Shown here: piece by piece, positions 18,679-29,531 of the stretch
How positions within the stretch are numbered: position 1 is the stretch's first letter
Layout of the letters: each line of letters opens with the position of its first letter
Assembly: GCA_035459705.1 (NCBI GenBank)
Contig: DATHXI010000051.1
Location: forward strand, 7,205-71,204
Length of the DNA: 64,000 nt
Direction: 5' to 3'
DNA from: Methylotenera sp.
GTDB taxonomy: Bacteria > Pseudomonadota > Gammaproteobacteria > Burkholderiales > Methylophilaceae
Program-made: the position numbers and the translations under genes
The notes under the pieces: model-generated
The model's input: the letters and a program-made list of their open reading frames with translations, nothing else
What the model was told of the DNA's origin: nothing
Database searches by the model: none

Positions 18679-20322
18679 TTATTTCTCAGCCACGACGCCA
18701 TCATAGGTGAATCGTGCTATCGATAATTGGCGTTTGAGTTGATTTGTCTTGTCGAGTGTGAGTTTGCCCGTTAAGCCGTTAATGACTAACTCGGTTTCTG
18801 GTGTGCGTGTGTTCGCAATGAGCAGTTGCAGGGAATCGACCCCTAGTGCAAACCAACGCAATAACTCGTTGGAGTTGAGCGTGGTACTTGCGCTGCGGTA
18901 AGCAGAAAATTCTGGGTTATCTGAGTCTGTTAAAAATGGAATATCCACAAAACGTACAGCATTTAATGTACCGGAATCTACATCATTTCCTAGGTTATTC
19001 ACACTGGAAAAAGCTAAGGTAGGTGTGCTGATATTCAGGTACGGTTTCACAAGCAAGGCTTCACTGGCAGAAAGTGCCAGTAGTACCATTTCGTGCGGAT
19101 ACGTAGCAATGCTGGTTTTGAGGTCAAGTAGATTGCCGTTTCCAGATTTTGTATCAAGTGGCAATAGGATGATTTTTGCTTCATAGCCTAATGCTGCGTG
19201 CCAAATTGCCTCAAAGCTCGCGACCTGTTGCTTCGCAACTTCGCTGTCGCTTGCGATGATTAAGATATGCTGTATGGCATTACTGACGGCGAATTGGGTA
19301 ATTGCTTGCGCTTCGTCCTGAAGTGAAAATCCTGCATGTATAAAGCTCTTACTGGCTGGGGTCGCTGAATCTAGCAAGCTGAAGGCTTTTACATTCGGGC
19401 GAGCTTCAACCAGCTCTTCATTTAGCATGGGTCCAATAAAGTAGGCTGCACCTTCATCTTTAGCAAATGCATTCAAATCGGCAAAGCTTTCTTTATCACC
19501 CAAAGATGCATAGCTTTTAACCTCGTTTGAGAGAGTGTTCTTTGTCAATGCTGCTTGTAAGCCAAGTTTGAATGCTTCGGCCTTAGCGCTGTAGACTGAG
19601 TTATCAAACGGTAGAATCAAGGCAATGCCGCCAGCAGGCAAGCTTACTGGGGTTTGATTTTTGTTTTCAGATACAAATGATTTTGCCGCAAGTGCTTTGG
19701 CGAGCTCTGAAGCTGTGTGGTCTGGATAGCTGCTCAGCCAAGTATTGATGCCAGATGCTACATCCTGATTCTTTGCGACCAAGCCTAAGTCTATCCAGCC
19801 TTGTGTCGTGGTGTCGGCGCTTTCACCGCGTATTTCGACCAGATTTTCCAGCGATAATCCAGACAGTAAATGCCAGATATTTTCGTGATTGTTGTTAATG
19901 GCGGACGCATCTTCCAAGTAAGCTTCTCTGCGGATAAGTTGGTCTAGCACGTTATAATAAGCACCTTGTTTTTCGTAGGCGCTGCTTAAGCTTGCATGTA
20001 AACTAGCTGCCGCAGGTTTGCTTAATGTGTTGCTAGATTGCAAGGGTAGCAGTAGTAAAAAAGCTTTATCCATATCCTCGTTTTTTGCGGCGATATTACC
20101 TGCTAGCAGTTTGGCGTAGGGTGAAGTCGTTGGAATACGTGCCAAGCTTACTTCTGCTAATGCTGTGTTTGCTTGCTCTAGATGTTTCTGACCTTGCAAA
20201 AACACAGTTTCAGCACTTATTGTGTTGCCAGCCCAGCTGGTGGTGTTGATGCACAACGTACTGATTAATATTAGTAAAAATCGAATAAGTGCGTGTTGCA
20301 GTAAGTTGAATTGTCGATACAT
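18679..20322 (-). CDS. lpoA: Penicillin-binding protein activator LpoA/LppC-like protein
   Basis: TPR-like N-terminus, QGWIDL, W...YPDH, IALILP, IGPM, FALGVDS, GLTGKL; divergent from rsmI. Confidence 0.8.
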   Translation of the reverse strand: MYRQFNLLQHALIRFLLILISTLCINTTSWAGNTISAETVFLQGQKHLEQANTALAEVSLARIPTTSPYAKLLAGNIAAKNEDMDKAFLLLLPLQSSNTLSKPAAASLHASLSSAYEKQGAYYNVLDQLIRREAYLEDASAINNNHENIWHLLSGLSLENLVEIRGESADTTTQGWIDLGLVAKNQDVASGINTWLSSYPDHTASELAKALAAKSFVSENKNQTPVSLPAGGIALILPFDNSVYSAKAEAFKLGLQAALTKNTLSNEVKSYASLGDKESFADLNAFAKDEGAAYFIGPMLNEELVEARPNVKAFSLLDSATPASKSFIHAGFSLQDEAQAITQFAVSNAIQHILIIASDSEVAKQQVASFEAIWHAALGYEAKIILLPLDTKSGNGNLLDLKTSIATYPHEMVLLALSASEALLVKPYLNISTPTLAFSSVNNLGNDVDSGTLNAVRFVDIPFLTDSDNPEFSAYRSASTTLNSNELLRWFALGVDSLQLLIANTRTPETELVINGLTGKLTLDKTNQLKRQLSIARFTYDGVVAEK

Positions 20323-20360
20323 AGACTCAGATAAACTCTTAAATTAGATTGTGAAGCCGG

Positions 20361-21209
20361 TTGATGAACGATGGCCTATTATATGTGGTAGCTACGCCGA
20401 TTGGGAACCTCGGTGATATTACTTTGCGCGCGCTTGAAATACTTAAAAGCGTAGATGCGATTGCTGCTGAAGATACGCGCCATACTTCTGGATTATTGTC
20501 ACATTTCGGTATCAGTAAAAAACTGATCGCCGTGCATGAGCATAACGAGCATCAATCTGCTGAAAAACTCTTACTTCAATTAAAGGCAGGCGAAAGTATT
20601 GCCTTGGTAACGGATGCAGGCACGCCAGGCGTTAGCGACCCGGGCGCAGTGGTGGTAAATCTGGTGCGTAAAGCGGGCATCAAGGTGGTGCCGATTCCAG
20701 GTGTGAGCGCAGTGGTTGCGGCTTTGTCTGCTTCTGGCATTATACAAAATGGTTTCTTGTTTCATGGATTTTTGCCTGCCAGTGGTGCCGCAAGGCGTAA
20801 AAACTTAGAGCTTCTCAAAGCCCAAACTGTGACATTGGTGTTTTATGAGGCACCGCATCGTATTGTAGAGAGCGTTGAGGATATGGCTACGGTGCTGGGG
20901 TCTGAGCGTCGCGTTACTTTTGCACGTGAACTGACCAAAACTTTTGAAACGATTTACAGTTGTGATTTGGGTGCCGCCGCCGCATGGTTGCAAGCCGATA
21001 CTAATCAGCAGCGTGGTGAATTTGTATTGTTGGTTGAAGCTGCAGCCGTAAAAGAAGCAGAAGAAATTTCGGAAGAAACCGTTCGCGTATTAAAATTACT
21101 ATTAGCAGAACTGCCGCTTAAACAAGCGGTAAAATTGGCGACTGAAGTCACCAATGAAAAGAAAAATATTTTGTATGAATTTGCATTAAAGTTGAAACAT
21201 GATGAATAA
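20361..21209 (+). CDS. rsmI: 16S rRNA C1402 2'-O-methyltransferase
   Basis: [39 protein letters not shown]. Confidence 0.98.
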   Translation: MMNDGLLYVVATPIGNLGDITLRALEILKSVDAIAAEDTRHTSGLLSHFGISKKLIAVHEHNEHQSAEKLLLQLKAGESIALVTDAGTPGVSDPGAVVVNLVRKAGIKVVPIPGVSAVVAALSASGIIQNGFLFHGFLPASGAARRKNLELLKAQTVTLVFYEAPHRIVESVEDMATVLGSERRVTFARELTKTFETIYSCDLGAAAAWLQADTNQQRGEFVLLVEAAAVKEAEEISEETVRVLKLLLAELPLKQAVKLATEVTNEKKNILYEFALKLKHDE

Positions 21210-22242
21210 AATTAGCTTAACTCGCCCGGACGACTGGCATTTACATTTAAGAGACGATGCTGCCTTAAAAGCGGTGTTGCCGGATACGGCGCGACAATTT
21301 GCACGTGCGATTGTGATGCCGAACTTGCGTCCGCCCGTTACAACAACGGAGTTGGCTGCTGCCTACCGTCAGCGCATCGTAGAGGCTTTGCCCGCGGGCA
21401 TGAGTTTTGAACCGTTAATGACCTTGTACCTGACTGACAACACGTCAGCCGATGAGATTGCCAAAGCTAAAGCCAGCGGTTTTATTCATGGTGTAAAACT
21501 TTACCCTGCCGGTGCGACGACTAACTCAGACTCTGGCGTCACAAATCTTGGGCATTGCGTTAAAGCGTTAGAAGCTATGGAAAAACTGGGTGTGCCCTTG
21601 CTAACACACGCCGAAGTGACCGACAGTGATGTGGATGTGTTTGACCGTGAGCGCGTATTTATTGAGCGCAACATGATTCCGTTACTTAGAAAATTCCCGG
21701 CGCTCAAAATTGTGTTCGAGCACATCACCACTAAAGATGCCGCTGATTTTGTGACGGAAGCGCCAAGCAATGTAGGTGCAACGATTACTGCACATCACTT
21801 ACTCATGAACCGTAATGATATGTTCAAAGGTGGTATTCAGCCACATCATTATTGTTTGCCGATTTTAAAACGTGAAGAGCACCGTTTGGCGCTAGTGAAG
21901 GCGGCAGTTTCTGGTAATCCTAAATTCTTCTTAGGCACCGACAGTGCGCCTCATGCTAAACATACTAAAGAAGCAGCTTGTGGCTGCGCAGGCATGTACA
22001 CCGCGCATACGGCCATGGAGCTTTATGCAGAAGCGTTTGAGAAAGAAAATGCATTAGATAAGTTAGAAGGTTTTGCTAGCCTCTACGGTGCCGATTTTTA
22101 TGGCTTGCCGCGTAACAAAGAACAAATCACGCTAGTGAAAGAAAACTGGCAAGTGCCAGATAGCTTACCGTATATAGAGGGTGATGTTTTGGTGCCATTG
22201 CGTGCGGGACAAACACTTACTTGGAAATTTCAAAAAAATTAA
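21199..22242 (+). CDS. pyrC: Dihydroorotase (type II)
   Basis: [30 protein letters not shown]. Confidence 0.98.
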   Translation: MMNKISLTRPDDWHLHLRDDAALKAVLPDTARQFARAIVMPNLRPPVTTTELAAAYRQRIVEALPAGMSFEPLMTLYLTDNTSADEIAKAKASGFIHGVKLYPAGATTNSDSGVTNLGHCVKALEAMEKLGVPLLTHAEVTDSDVDVFDRERVFIERNMIPLLRKFPALKIVFEHITTKDAADFVTEAPSNVGATITAHHLLMNRNDMFKGGIQPHHYCLPILKREEHRLALVKAAVSGNPKFFLGTDSAPHAKHTKEAACGCAGMYTAHTAMELYAEAFEKENALDKLEGFASLYGADFYGLPRNKEQITLVKENWQVPDSLPYIEGDVLVPLRAGQTLTWKFQKN

Positions 22243-22268
22243 TCTTCTCAACATGTTAAAATAGCGTT

Positions 22269-22604
22269 GAAGCTGGCTAGACAGTCGCCGCCTAGCAATA
22301 GGGGGAGGAAAGTCCGGGCTGCGAAGAGCGAGATGACGGCTAACGGCCGTACGTTGAAAGCTGGCAACAGTATAAGACGCGGAATAGGGCCACAGAGACG
22401 AGCGTATTAAGTTACGGTGAAACGCGGTAACCTCCATCTGCAGCAATATCAAATAGGCTGGCATTTTTATGTAAGTAAATAAGGCGTGGCTCGCGCTGCC
22501 AGCGGGTAGATAGCTTGAGCGTACAAGTAATTGTGCGCCTAGATGAATGACTGTCAGCCTTAGCAATAAGGCCTACAGAACCCGGCTTATCGGCCAGCTT
22601 CACA
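22269..22604 (+). ncRNA. rnpB: RNase P RNA, type A
   Basis: P1 ends GAAGCTGGC/GCCAGCTTC; GAGGAAAGTCCGGGC, GCCACAGAGAC, GGTGAAACGCGGTAACCTCCA, AGAACCCGGCTTA; usual position upstream of mraZ. Confidence 0.97.
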
Positions 22605-22826
22605 TTGTTTATCTTTTTGTAATAAGGAAGTGCCTTGCATCTTAAGTAATTCATAGTCGTTTTTTCGTCGTTTTATCCCCTGCCAATACAATTCAAATGC
22701 TTTCATCGGCATTCTAATAATCTACATTCACTTGATTTTGTATGTGCTTAATTTATAACGATTTTATATTTATCACAAAAATACGCTAAGTCATTGACCT
22801 ATAAAGAAAAAATAACAAAAAAGGGC

Positions 22827-22855
22827 TTGCATTGCTCTTTTTTTTTATCTATAGT
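22827..22855 (+). promoter_or_regulatory. dcw (mra) sigma70 promoter
   Basis: TTGCAT (22827-22832), 17-bp spacer, TATAGT (22850-22855), A-rich UP-like region upstream. Confidence 0.75.
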
Positions 22856-22863
22856 GCAGATTA

Positions 22864-22888
22864 GTGGGGAAAAGTGGGTTTTTGTGGG
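22864..22888 (+). promoter_or_regulatory. MraZ-binding direct repeats
   Basis: Three GTGGG repeats with 10-bp period (22864, 22874, 22884) just downstream of the -10 element. Confidence 0.85.
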
Positions 22889-23062
22889 GAATTGTTCATT
22901 GACTGTGCGGCATAAAGAACTAATGTTCGGCCGCGGTTTTTTGATACTACTAAGGGTTGGGCAGCTAAAAATTGAATCGCTAAAGATTAAATTTAGGTGC
23001 TTTAACAATTCTCCACTTTTTGTTTTCAGTTTGATTTTGGCGGCAAGGAAAATAACGGGCAT

Positions 23063-23509
23063 ATGTTTCGCGGTGCGACATCATTACATTTGGATGCAAA
23101 AGGCAGATTGGCTGTGCCGACTAAGCATAGGGAAGCCATGCAGCTTGAGTGCGCGGGTAACCTTGTGTTGACTGCGCATCCGCATCGTTGCCTGCTTTTG
23201 TATCCGCAGCCTGCCTGGGAGCCGATTCAAGCAAAGATGATGGCCTTGTCTTCATTTGATAAGCAATCTAGTGCGCTTCAACGTTTGCTAGTGGGTTTTG
23301 CTGAAGACGTGGTGTTGGATAGTGCGGGTCGTTTACTGGTGTCACCTGTGTTACGAGATTTTGCGGGCTTGGATAAAGAGGTGATGTTAGTGGGTCAAGG
23401 TAGTCATTTTGAGTTGTGGAATATGGAAGCCTGGCGTGCTCAGCTAGCGCAAGTCATGCAGGGTGATGGCTTTGAGATGCCGACAGAACTCGAGGGCTTC
23501 TCGCTGTGA
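23063..23509 (+). CDS. mraZ: Transcriptional repressor MraZ
   Basis: MFRG, LDAKGRL and LDSAGRL duplicated AbrB-like motifs. Confidence 0.98.
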   Translation: MFRGATSLHLDAKGRLAVPTKHREAMQLECAGNLVLTAHPHRCLLLYPQPAWEPIQAKMMALSSFDKQSSALQRLLVGFAEDVVLDSAGRLLVSPVLRDFAGLDKEVMLVGQGSHFELWNMEAWRAQLAQVMQGDGFEMPTELEGFSL

Positions 23510-24606
23510 TTAAGGGCGTGAAAAGCACGCCCACCAAAGCATCATTGTCTTTAAAAAAAGCGTCTTCAAAAGGCGCGTTAAAGTTAGATCAACAATCGTT
23601 ACAAGAAGATAAATCTACAGAAGTGCCTGCATCCGAAATGTCCTCATCAGATTCCAATTTAGAACACGCTGCGCCAGCAAATGACCACATCACGGTCTTG
23701 CTGGATGAGGCTGTGCACGCGTTGGCCATTAAGCCTGGCGGCACATACGTGGATGGTACATTTGGTCGCGGTGGCCACTCCAGGAAGATTTTAGGGCAGC
23801 TTGATAGCACTGGTCGCTTGATTGCATTCGACCGTGATTTGAGTGCGGTTGCAGCGGGAAACGCCATCGACGATGCGCGATTTAGCATGGTGCATAGCCA
23901 TTTTGCGGGCATGCAGGCCAAGTTGGCGGAGATGGATGTTTTGAAGGTGGATGGCATCTTACTGGATTTGGGCATTTCATCGCCGCAGATTGATGAGGGT
24001 GACAGGGGTTTCAGTTTTAGATTCGATGCGCCGTTGGATATGCGCATGGATCAAAGTAGTGGGCAGACAGCGGCGGAGTACCTCGCCATGACAACAGAGC
24101 AGCATTTAGCGGAGGTTATAAAAAATTATGGTGAAGAACGGTTTGCTAAGCAGATTGCAAGGACGATTATTGCGGAGCGCAATGACGGGCGCCCCATCAC
24201 CACTACTGGACAACTTGCCAAGGTCGTGGCAAGTGCCATCACGCGGTATGAGCCAGGGCAGAATCCAGCAACGCGCACATTTCAGGCTTTACGGATTTTC
24301 GTCAATCAGGAGCTTGAAGAGCTTTCGCTAACAATGCCGCAGTGCTTGGCATTATTGGCACCGCAAGGGCGTTTGGCAGTGATCAGTTTCCATTCACTGG
24401 AAGATCGTATTGTGAAGCGCTTCATTCAAGGTGAGAAAAATCGCGATGACTTGCCCGCTAACTTTCCAGTGCGGGCGGCAGATTTGCCACAACCGCGATT
24501 GGTAAGCGTTGGTAAAGCGATCAAGCCTAGTGCAGCTGAAATTAAGCGTAATCCGCGCTCACGCAGTGCGGTGTTGCGCGTGGCTGAAAGGACGCAGGTT
24601 CAATGA
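23506..24606 (+). CDS. rsmH: 16S rRNA C1402 N4-methyltransferase
   Basis: [45 protein letters not shown]. Start uncertain (GTG 23506 or ATG 23638). Confidence 0.97.
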   Translation: MIKGVKSTPTKASLSLKKASSKGALKLDQQSLQEDKSTEVPASEMSSSDSNLEHAAPANDHITVLLDEAVHALAIKPGGTYVDGTFGRGGHSRKILGQLDSTGRLIAFDRDLSAVAAGNAIDDARFSMVHSHFAGMQAKLAEMDVLKVDGILLDLGISSPQIDEGDRGFSFRFDAPLDMRMDQSSGQTAAEYLAMTTEQHLAEVIKNYGEERFAKQIARTIIAERNDGRPITTTGQLAKVVASAITRYEPGQNPATRTFQALRIFVNQELEELSLTMPQCLALLAPQGRLAVISFHSLEDRIVKRFIQGEKNRDDLPANFPVRAADLPQPRLVSVGKAIKPSAAEIKRNPRSRSAVLRVAERTQVQ

Positions 24607-24950
24607 CGCGTCTGAATTTAATTTTGTATTTTGCACTGATGCTCTCCGCTTTGGGCTTAGTGAACGCGCAGCATAAGTCGCGCAAACTGTATATCGAACT
24701 GGAACAAATGAGTCAGGCAGCAAAACAATATGAGCAGGAGTTTGGCCAGTTGCAGCTTGAGCAAAGTACATGGGCCATGCACTCGCGTGTGGAGTTGATT
24801 GCAGCACACACGTTGCAGATGCAAGTGCCGGACGCAAAAAGGATACAAGTGGTGTCGCCTAATAGTTTGACTGTGCAGCCAGCACAGATGCCGCAGACAA
24901 ATGTCCAACCGACAGGACAAGTTGTACCGCAATCAGGAGCTAGCCAATAA
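24603..24950 (+). CDS. ftsL: Cell division protein FtsL
   Basis: TM plus coiled coil, [15 protein letters not shown]; lies between rsmH and ftsI. Confidence 0.93.
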   Translation: MTRLNLILYFALMLSALGLVNAQHKSRKLYIELEQMSQAAKQYEQEFGQLQLEQSTWAMHSRVELIAAHTLQMQVPDAKRIQVVSPNSLTVQPAQMPQTNVQPTGQVVPQSGASQ

Positions 24951-26689
24951 TGGCGATGCAGCAATTTAATAAAGCTACTAACCACGTGGTAGTCAAGCTA
25001 CCTGCGTGGCGCCGTCGTGTTTTGTTGGTGATGGTATTGCTGGGCTTTGCAGTATTGATAGGGCGCGGTGTTTACTTGCAAAGTCTTAATAAACGCTTCT
25101 TGCAAGAAAAAGGCGATGCACGTTATAGCCGCGCACTCACTTTATCTGCACATCGCGGCAAGATTACAGACCGCTATGGCGAGTTGTTGGCGATTAGTTC
25201 GCCGGTTGAGTCTGTGTGGGCGTCCCCGCCTGATGTAGAAATCAATGCACAGCAAACTAAAAAAATTGCTGAATTGTTAAATATTAAAACTGACGTCATC
25301 AAGAAAAAGCTCGCCAACAGCGAGCGTGAGTTTGTATATCTCAAGCGCCGTATCTCCCCTGAGTTGGCAGGAGAGGTGATGAAGCTTGGCGTTCCCGGTA
25401 TTTATCTGCAACGCGAATATAAGCGTTACTACCCCGCTGGTGAAGTTACGGCTCATTTAGTTGGTTTTACTGGCATTGATGATAAGGGCCAAGAAGGCTT
25501 TGAGCTCACTATGAACGATACGCTCTCTGGTAAAACGGGTAGTCGTCGTGTCATCAAGGACCGGGCTGGTCATATTGTTGAAGATTTGGAAGCGGTTAAA
25601 GTCCCGCAAGATGGTCATGATGTGGTGCTGTCGATTGATCGCCGTATTCAATATTTGGCGCATCGTGAGTTGGTAAAAGCAGTTGAGTTACATAAGGCCA
25701 AAGCAGGGGCGGCGATTGTGCTGGATGCCAGAACTGGTGAAGTGCTCGCTATGGCTAATGTGCCAACCTACAACCCGAATAACCCGGTAAATATTCAAGG
25801 TAAAGCACGAAATCGCTCAATTACAGACGTGTTCGAACCAGGTTCTACATTAAAACCGGTGACCGCTGCCGCTGCTATAGAGTCTGGAAAGTATCTACCA
25901 GATACCAAAATTCAAACCGCGCCTGGTTATATGTCGATAGGTCCCGCTACGATTCATGATGCTCACCCGCATGGCGTATTAACGGTATCAGAAGTGATAC
26001 AGAAATCTTCCAACGTCGGTTCCGCCAAGATGGCGTTATCGCTTGAACGGCCATATCTATGGGGTGTATTCAATCAAATGGGCTTTGGTGCCAAAACGCG
26101 CATCGGCTTCCCGGGCGAAGCTTCTGGTCGTTTGAGAGATTACAAAACATGGCGACCCATTGAGCAGGCGACTATGTCATATGGGCATGGTATTAGCCTG
26201 ACCTTGTTGCAATTGGCAAGGGCGTACACCGTGTTTGCTAATGACGGTGAACTAAAGCCTGTTTCCTTGCTTAAATTGAAAGATGCGCCAGTCGGCACGC
26301 AAGTGTTCAGTGCGCAAACGGCACATCAGATTAAAGATATGCTGGAGCTGGTTGTCTTACCTGGTGGTACCGCGCTGAGAGCGCAAGTGTTGGGTTATCG
26401 TGTGGCTGGTAAAACTGGTACGACCCATAAATTGGGCCCGGCTGGTTACGAAAAAGACAAATACGTCGGTTCATTTGTGGGTATGGCGCCAGCTTCTAAC
26501 CCGCGCTTGATTATGGCGGTGATGATCGATGAGCCTACCAGCGGTGAATATTATGGCGGCACAGTTGCCGCGCCAGTATTCAGCGCGGTAATGGCAGATG
26601 CGCTGCGTATGCTCGCTGTGCCGCAAGACGCGCCGAATAATAACGTGGTGATTCCAGATGACGTTGAAGATGTGAAGGAGGTCGTATGA
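24950..26689 (+). CDS. ftsI: Peptidoglycan transpeptidase FtsI (PBP3)
   Basis: EPGSTLK (SxxK), SSN, KTGT. Confidence 0.98.
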   Translation: MAMQQFNKATNHVVVKLPAWRRRVLLVMVLLGFAVLIGRGVYLQSLNKRFLQEKGDARYSRALTLSAHRGKITDRYGELLAISSPVESVWASPPDVEINAQQTKKIAELLNIKTDVIKKKLANSEREFVYLKRRISPELAGEVMKLGVPGIYLQREYKRYYPAGEVTAHLVGFTGIDDKGQEGFELTMNDTLSGKTGSRRVIKDRAGHIVEDLEAVKVPQDGHDVVLSIDRRIQYLAHRELVKAVELHKAKAGAAIVLDARTGEVLAMANVPTYNPNNPVNIQGKARNRSITDVFEPGSTLKPVTAAAAIESGKYLPDTKIQTAPGYMSIGPATIHDAHPHGVLTVSEVIQKSSNVGSAKMALSLERPYLWGVFNQMGFGAKTRIGFPGEASGRLRDYKTWRPIEQATMSYGHGISLTLLQLARAYTVFANDGELKPVSLLKLKDAPVGTQVFSAQTAHQIKDMLELVVLPGGTALRAQVLGYRVAGKTGTTHKLGPAGYEKDKYVGSFVGMAPASNPRLIMAVMIDEPTSGEYYGGTVAAPVFSAVMADALRMLAVPQDAPNNNVVIPDDVEDVKEVV

Positions 26690-28161
26690 CCATATTCGCG
26701 GACTTAAGAAAAATTGCTGGTAATCAACAGTTCGCTTCAATCACCTCGGATAGCCGTCGCGTTAAGCCTGGCGCGCTATTTTTGGCCTATCCAGGTACGC
26801 ACAGCGATGGCCGTAGCTATATTCCACAGGCGATTCAAGCCGGTGCGACGGGTGTAGTTTGGGAAAGCCAAGGCTTCACATGGAATGCAGATTGGCAAGT
26901 CAGCAATATTGGTGTGAATGGTCTGCGACCTCAGGTCAGCCAGATTGCGGCTGAATACTATCAATATCCATCCAGTCAGTTGACCATGATAGGCGTGACT
27001 GGCACCAATGGTAAAACCTCGGTCAGCCAATGGCTTGCACAGTGCTTAACATTGTTGGGTCAAAAGGCTGCGGTCATGGGCACCATAGGCAATGGCTTCT
27101 TTGATGCTGAGTCTGGTGGTTTAGCTGAGGCAGCTAACACCACTCCGGACGCGATTTTGCTGCAAGGCATGCTGGCTGACTTTGTGCAGCAGCAAGCTAG
27201 GGCGGCGGTGATGGAGGTGTCATCACATGGCCTTGAGCAGGGCCGCGTTAATGGCGTAGATTTTAAAGTGGCGGTGTTCACCAACCTCACACGAGATCAT
27301 TTGGACTATCACCAAACGATGGAGGCTTATGCCGCCGCTAAGCAAAAGCTGTTCGATTGGCCAAGTTTAAACATTGCGGTGCTGAATGCAGATGATGGGT
27401 TTGGGCAAACAATTGCCAACTCGCTGAAACAGCAAGCTAAGTCATTCGTGACTTATGGCTTAGAACATGGTGATGTACGCGGCAGTGATTTGCAATTGCA
27501 TCAGCAGGGTTTAACCATGCAGGTAACTACCCCACAAGGTAGTGCAACGCTGAATGCGCCTGTGCTTGGTCGCTTCAACGCGTACAACGTACTTGCTGTA
27601 TTGGCGAGTTTGTTGGCGTTAGATGTCAGTTTAACTGATGCGGTGGCTGTGATTGGTCAAATCAAACCTGTGCAAGGACGTATGCAGCAGTTTGGTGGTA
27701 ATGAATTACCGCTAGTGGTGATTGATTATGCACACACACCAGATGCTTTGGAAAATGTGTTGCTGACGCTGAAAGAACAAAAACCAGCCAAGCTGATTTG
27801 TGTGTTTGGTTGCGGTGGTAATCGCGATGCAGGCAAGCGACCGTTGATGGGCACTGTTGCAAGCAAGTTGGCAGATACGGTGATTGTGACTTCCGATAAC
27901 CCACGTAATGAAGATCCTGCATTGATTATTAAAGAGGTGATTGGCGGCATCACAACAGCACATTTGGTTGAGCCGGATCGTGCGCTTGCAATCAAGCAAG
28001 CGATTCAAACTGCACAAAAAGGCGACATCGTACTAGTGGCAGGTAAGGGTCATGAGGATTACCAAGAAATCGCAGGCGTGAAATATCCGTTTAGTGATGC
28101 AATGGTTGCACAAGCGGCATTGGCCAGCTATGCAACGCAGAGATTGGGGGCTTCGTTATGA
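26686..28161 (+). CDS. murE: UDP-MurNAc-dipeptide:meso-DAP ligase
   Basis: GTNGKTS, MEVSSH, DYAHTPD, DNPR (mDAP-specific). Confidence 0.98.
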   Translation: MTIFADLRKIAGNQQFASITSDSRRVKPGALFLAYPGTHSDGRSYIPQAIQAGATGVVWESQGFTWNADWQVSNIGVNGLRPQVSQIAAEYYQYPSSQLTMIGVTGTNGKTSVSQWLAQCLTLLGQKAAVMGTIGNGFFDAESGGLAEAANTTPDAILLQGMLADFVQQQARAAVMEVSSHGLEQGRVNGVDFKVAVFTNLTRDHLDYHQTMEAYAAAKQKLFDWPSLNIAVLNADDGFGQTIANSLKQQAKSFVTYGLEHGDVRGSDLQLHQQGLTMQVTTPQGSATLNAPVLGRFNAYNVLAVLASLLALDVSLTDAVAVIGQIKPVQGRMQQFGGNELPLVVIDYAHTPDALENVLLTLKEQKPAKLICVFGCGGNRDAGKRPLMGTVASKLADTVIVTSDNPRNEDPALIIKEVIGGITTAHLVEPDRALAIKQAIQTAQKGDIVLVAGKGHEDYQEIAGVKYPFSDAMVAQAALASYATQRLGASL

Positions 28162-29531
28162 TGCTTTTGTCAGAAGCTTCGACAGCACTTAAAGCCCAAT
28201 TGGTCGGCACGGACGCAATGTTTACTAGCGTAGGTGCAGATAGTCGCAAGATTGCATCAGGTCAATTATTTGTTGCGCTCAAAGGTGAGCATTTTGATGG
28301 CCATGATTTCGTTGAACAGGCTATTAAGCAAGGCGCGGCGGCGGTGTTGGTATCTAAACAATCTTCTGCAGAGCCTGCGATTGTTGTCCAAGACACCTAT
28401 CAAGCCTTGGGTGAATTAGCCGCCTATTGGCGCAGCAAGTTTAACCTGCCATTGGCGGCAATTACCGGCAGTAACGGCAAAACTACCGTGAAAGAAATGT
28501 TGGCTTCCATATTAAGAGCTGCGAGCAAAACACCAGAGGCGGTGTTGGCGACACAAGGCAACCTTAATAATCATATTGGTTTGCCGCTGACGATGCTCAA
28601 CCTGAATGCACAACATCGCTATGCGGTGATTGAGATGGGCATGAACCATACCGGCGAAATCAGCTATTTGACCAAACTCGCCAAACCGACGGTTGCACTT
28701 GTTAATAACGCTGGCATCGCACACATCGGCGAGCTGGGATCAGTGGAAGCAATTGCTAAAGCCAAAGGCGAGATATTTGAAGGCTTGGCAGCAGATGGCA
28801 TTGCCGTGATTAACGCCGATGATGATTTTGCTCCGCACTGGAGAGCGTTGATTGGTCAGCGTAAAACCATCAGTTTCGGTCTGAAAAATACCGCAGATGT
28901 ATCTGCAAGCTATGAATTGCAGGCCGATGCAAGCGTAATGAACATCAAAACGCCAAACGGTCAGTTCGGCACAGTGTTGCCAACCCCTGGCTTACACAAT
29001 GTGATGAATGCACTCGCTGCTACCAGTGCTGCTTTGGCCATGGGTATTGCTTTGCCAGTCATTGCTGAAGGCTTGCAGAATTATGTGGGTGCGAAGGGTC
29101 GGCTACAGCATCTAAAAGGCGTCAACGGTGCATTGGTGATTGATGATACTTACAACGCAAATCCACTATCGATGAAAGCTGCGATTGATGTGCTCATGGC
29201 TAAGCCTGGTGAAAAACTGCTGGTATTGGGTGATATGGGTGAGCTGGGTGATGACGCCGCGGCGTTACACGCCGAGATTGGAAGCTATGCCAAAGCGGCG
29301 GGTGTGAATGCACTGCTAACTTTGGGCACGCTGAGTCAAGAAATGACAACGGCTTTTGGTGCAGGTGCAAAGCATTATGCATCAGCAGAAGCGCTAGCTA
29401 GCGAATTAGCCGCAAGGTTGAAACCAACTAGCGTGGTGTTGGTGAAGGGTTCGCGGTTTATGGCGATGGAGCGGATTGTGAAAGAAATTATCACTGAGAA
29501 ACAAACGGATAAGAAAGAGGAGGCACATTAA
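28158..29531 (+). CDS. murF: UDP-MurNAc-tripeptide:D-Ala-D-Ala ligase
   Basis: GSNGKTTVKE, NNHIG, DTYNANP, VKGSR. Confidence 0.98.
   Translation: MMLLSEASTALKAQLVGTDAMFTSVGADSRKIASGQLFVALKGEHFDGHDFVEQAIKQGAAAVLVSKQSSAEPAIVVQDTYQALGELAAYWRSKFNLPLAAITGSNGKTTVKEMLASILRAASKTPEAVLATQGNLNNHIGLPLTMLNLNAQHRYAVIEMGMNHTGEISYLTKLAKPTVALVNNAGIAHIGELGSVEAIAKAKGEIFEGLAADGIAVINADDDFAPHWRALIGQRKTISFGLKNTADVSASYELQADASVMNIKTPNGQFGTVLPTPGLHNVMNALAATSAALAMGIALPVIAEGLQNYVGAKGRLQHLKGVNGALVIDDTYNANPLSMKAAIDVLMAKPGEKLLVLGDMGELGDDAAALHAEIGSYAKAAGVNALLTLGTLSQEMTTAFGAGAKHYASAEALASELAARLKPTSVVLVKGSRFMAMERIVKEIITEKQTDKKEEAH

Noticed and set aside
22165-22654. Minus-strand ORFs of 133 aa and 80 aa
   Set aside because: They are antisense to the RNase P RNA gene and have no protein motifs
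22794-23171. ORFs on both strands upstream of and overlapping mraZ
   Set aside because: They span the dcw promoter and MraZ boxes, have no SD and show atypical composition
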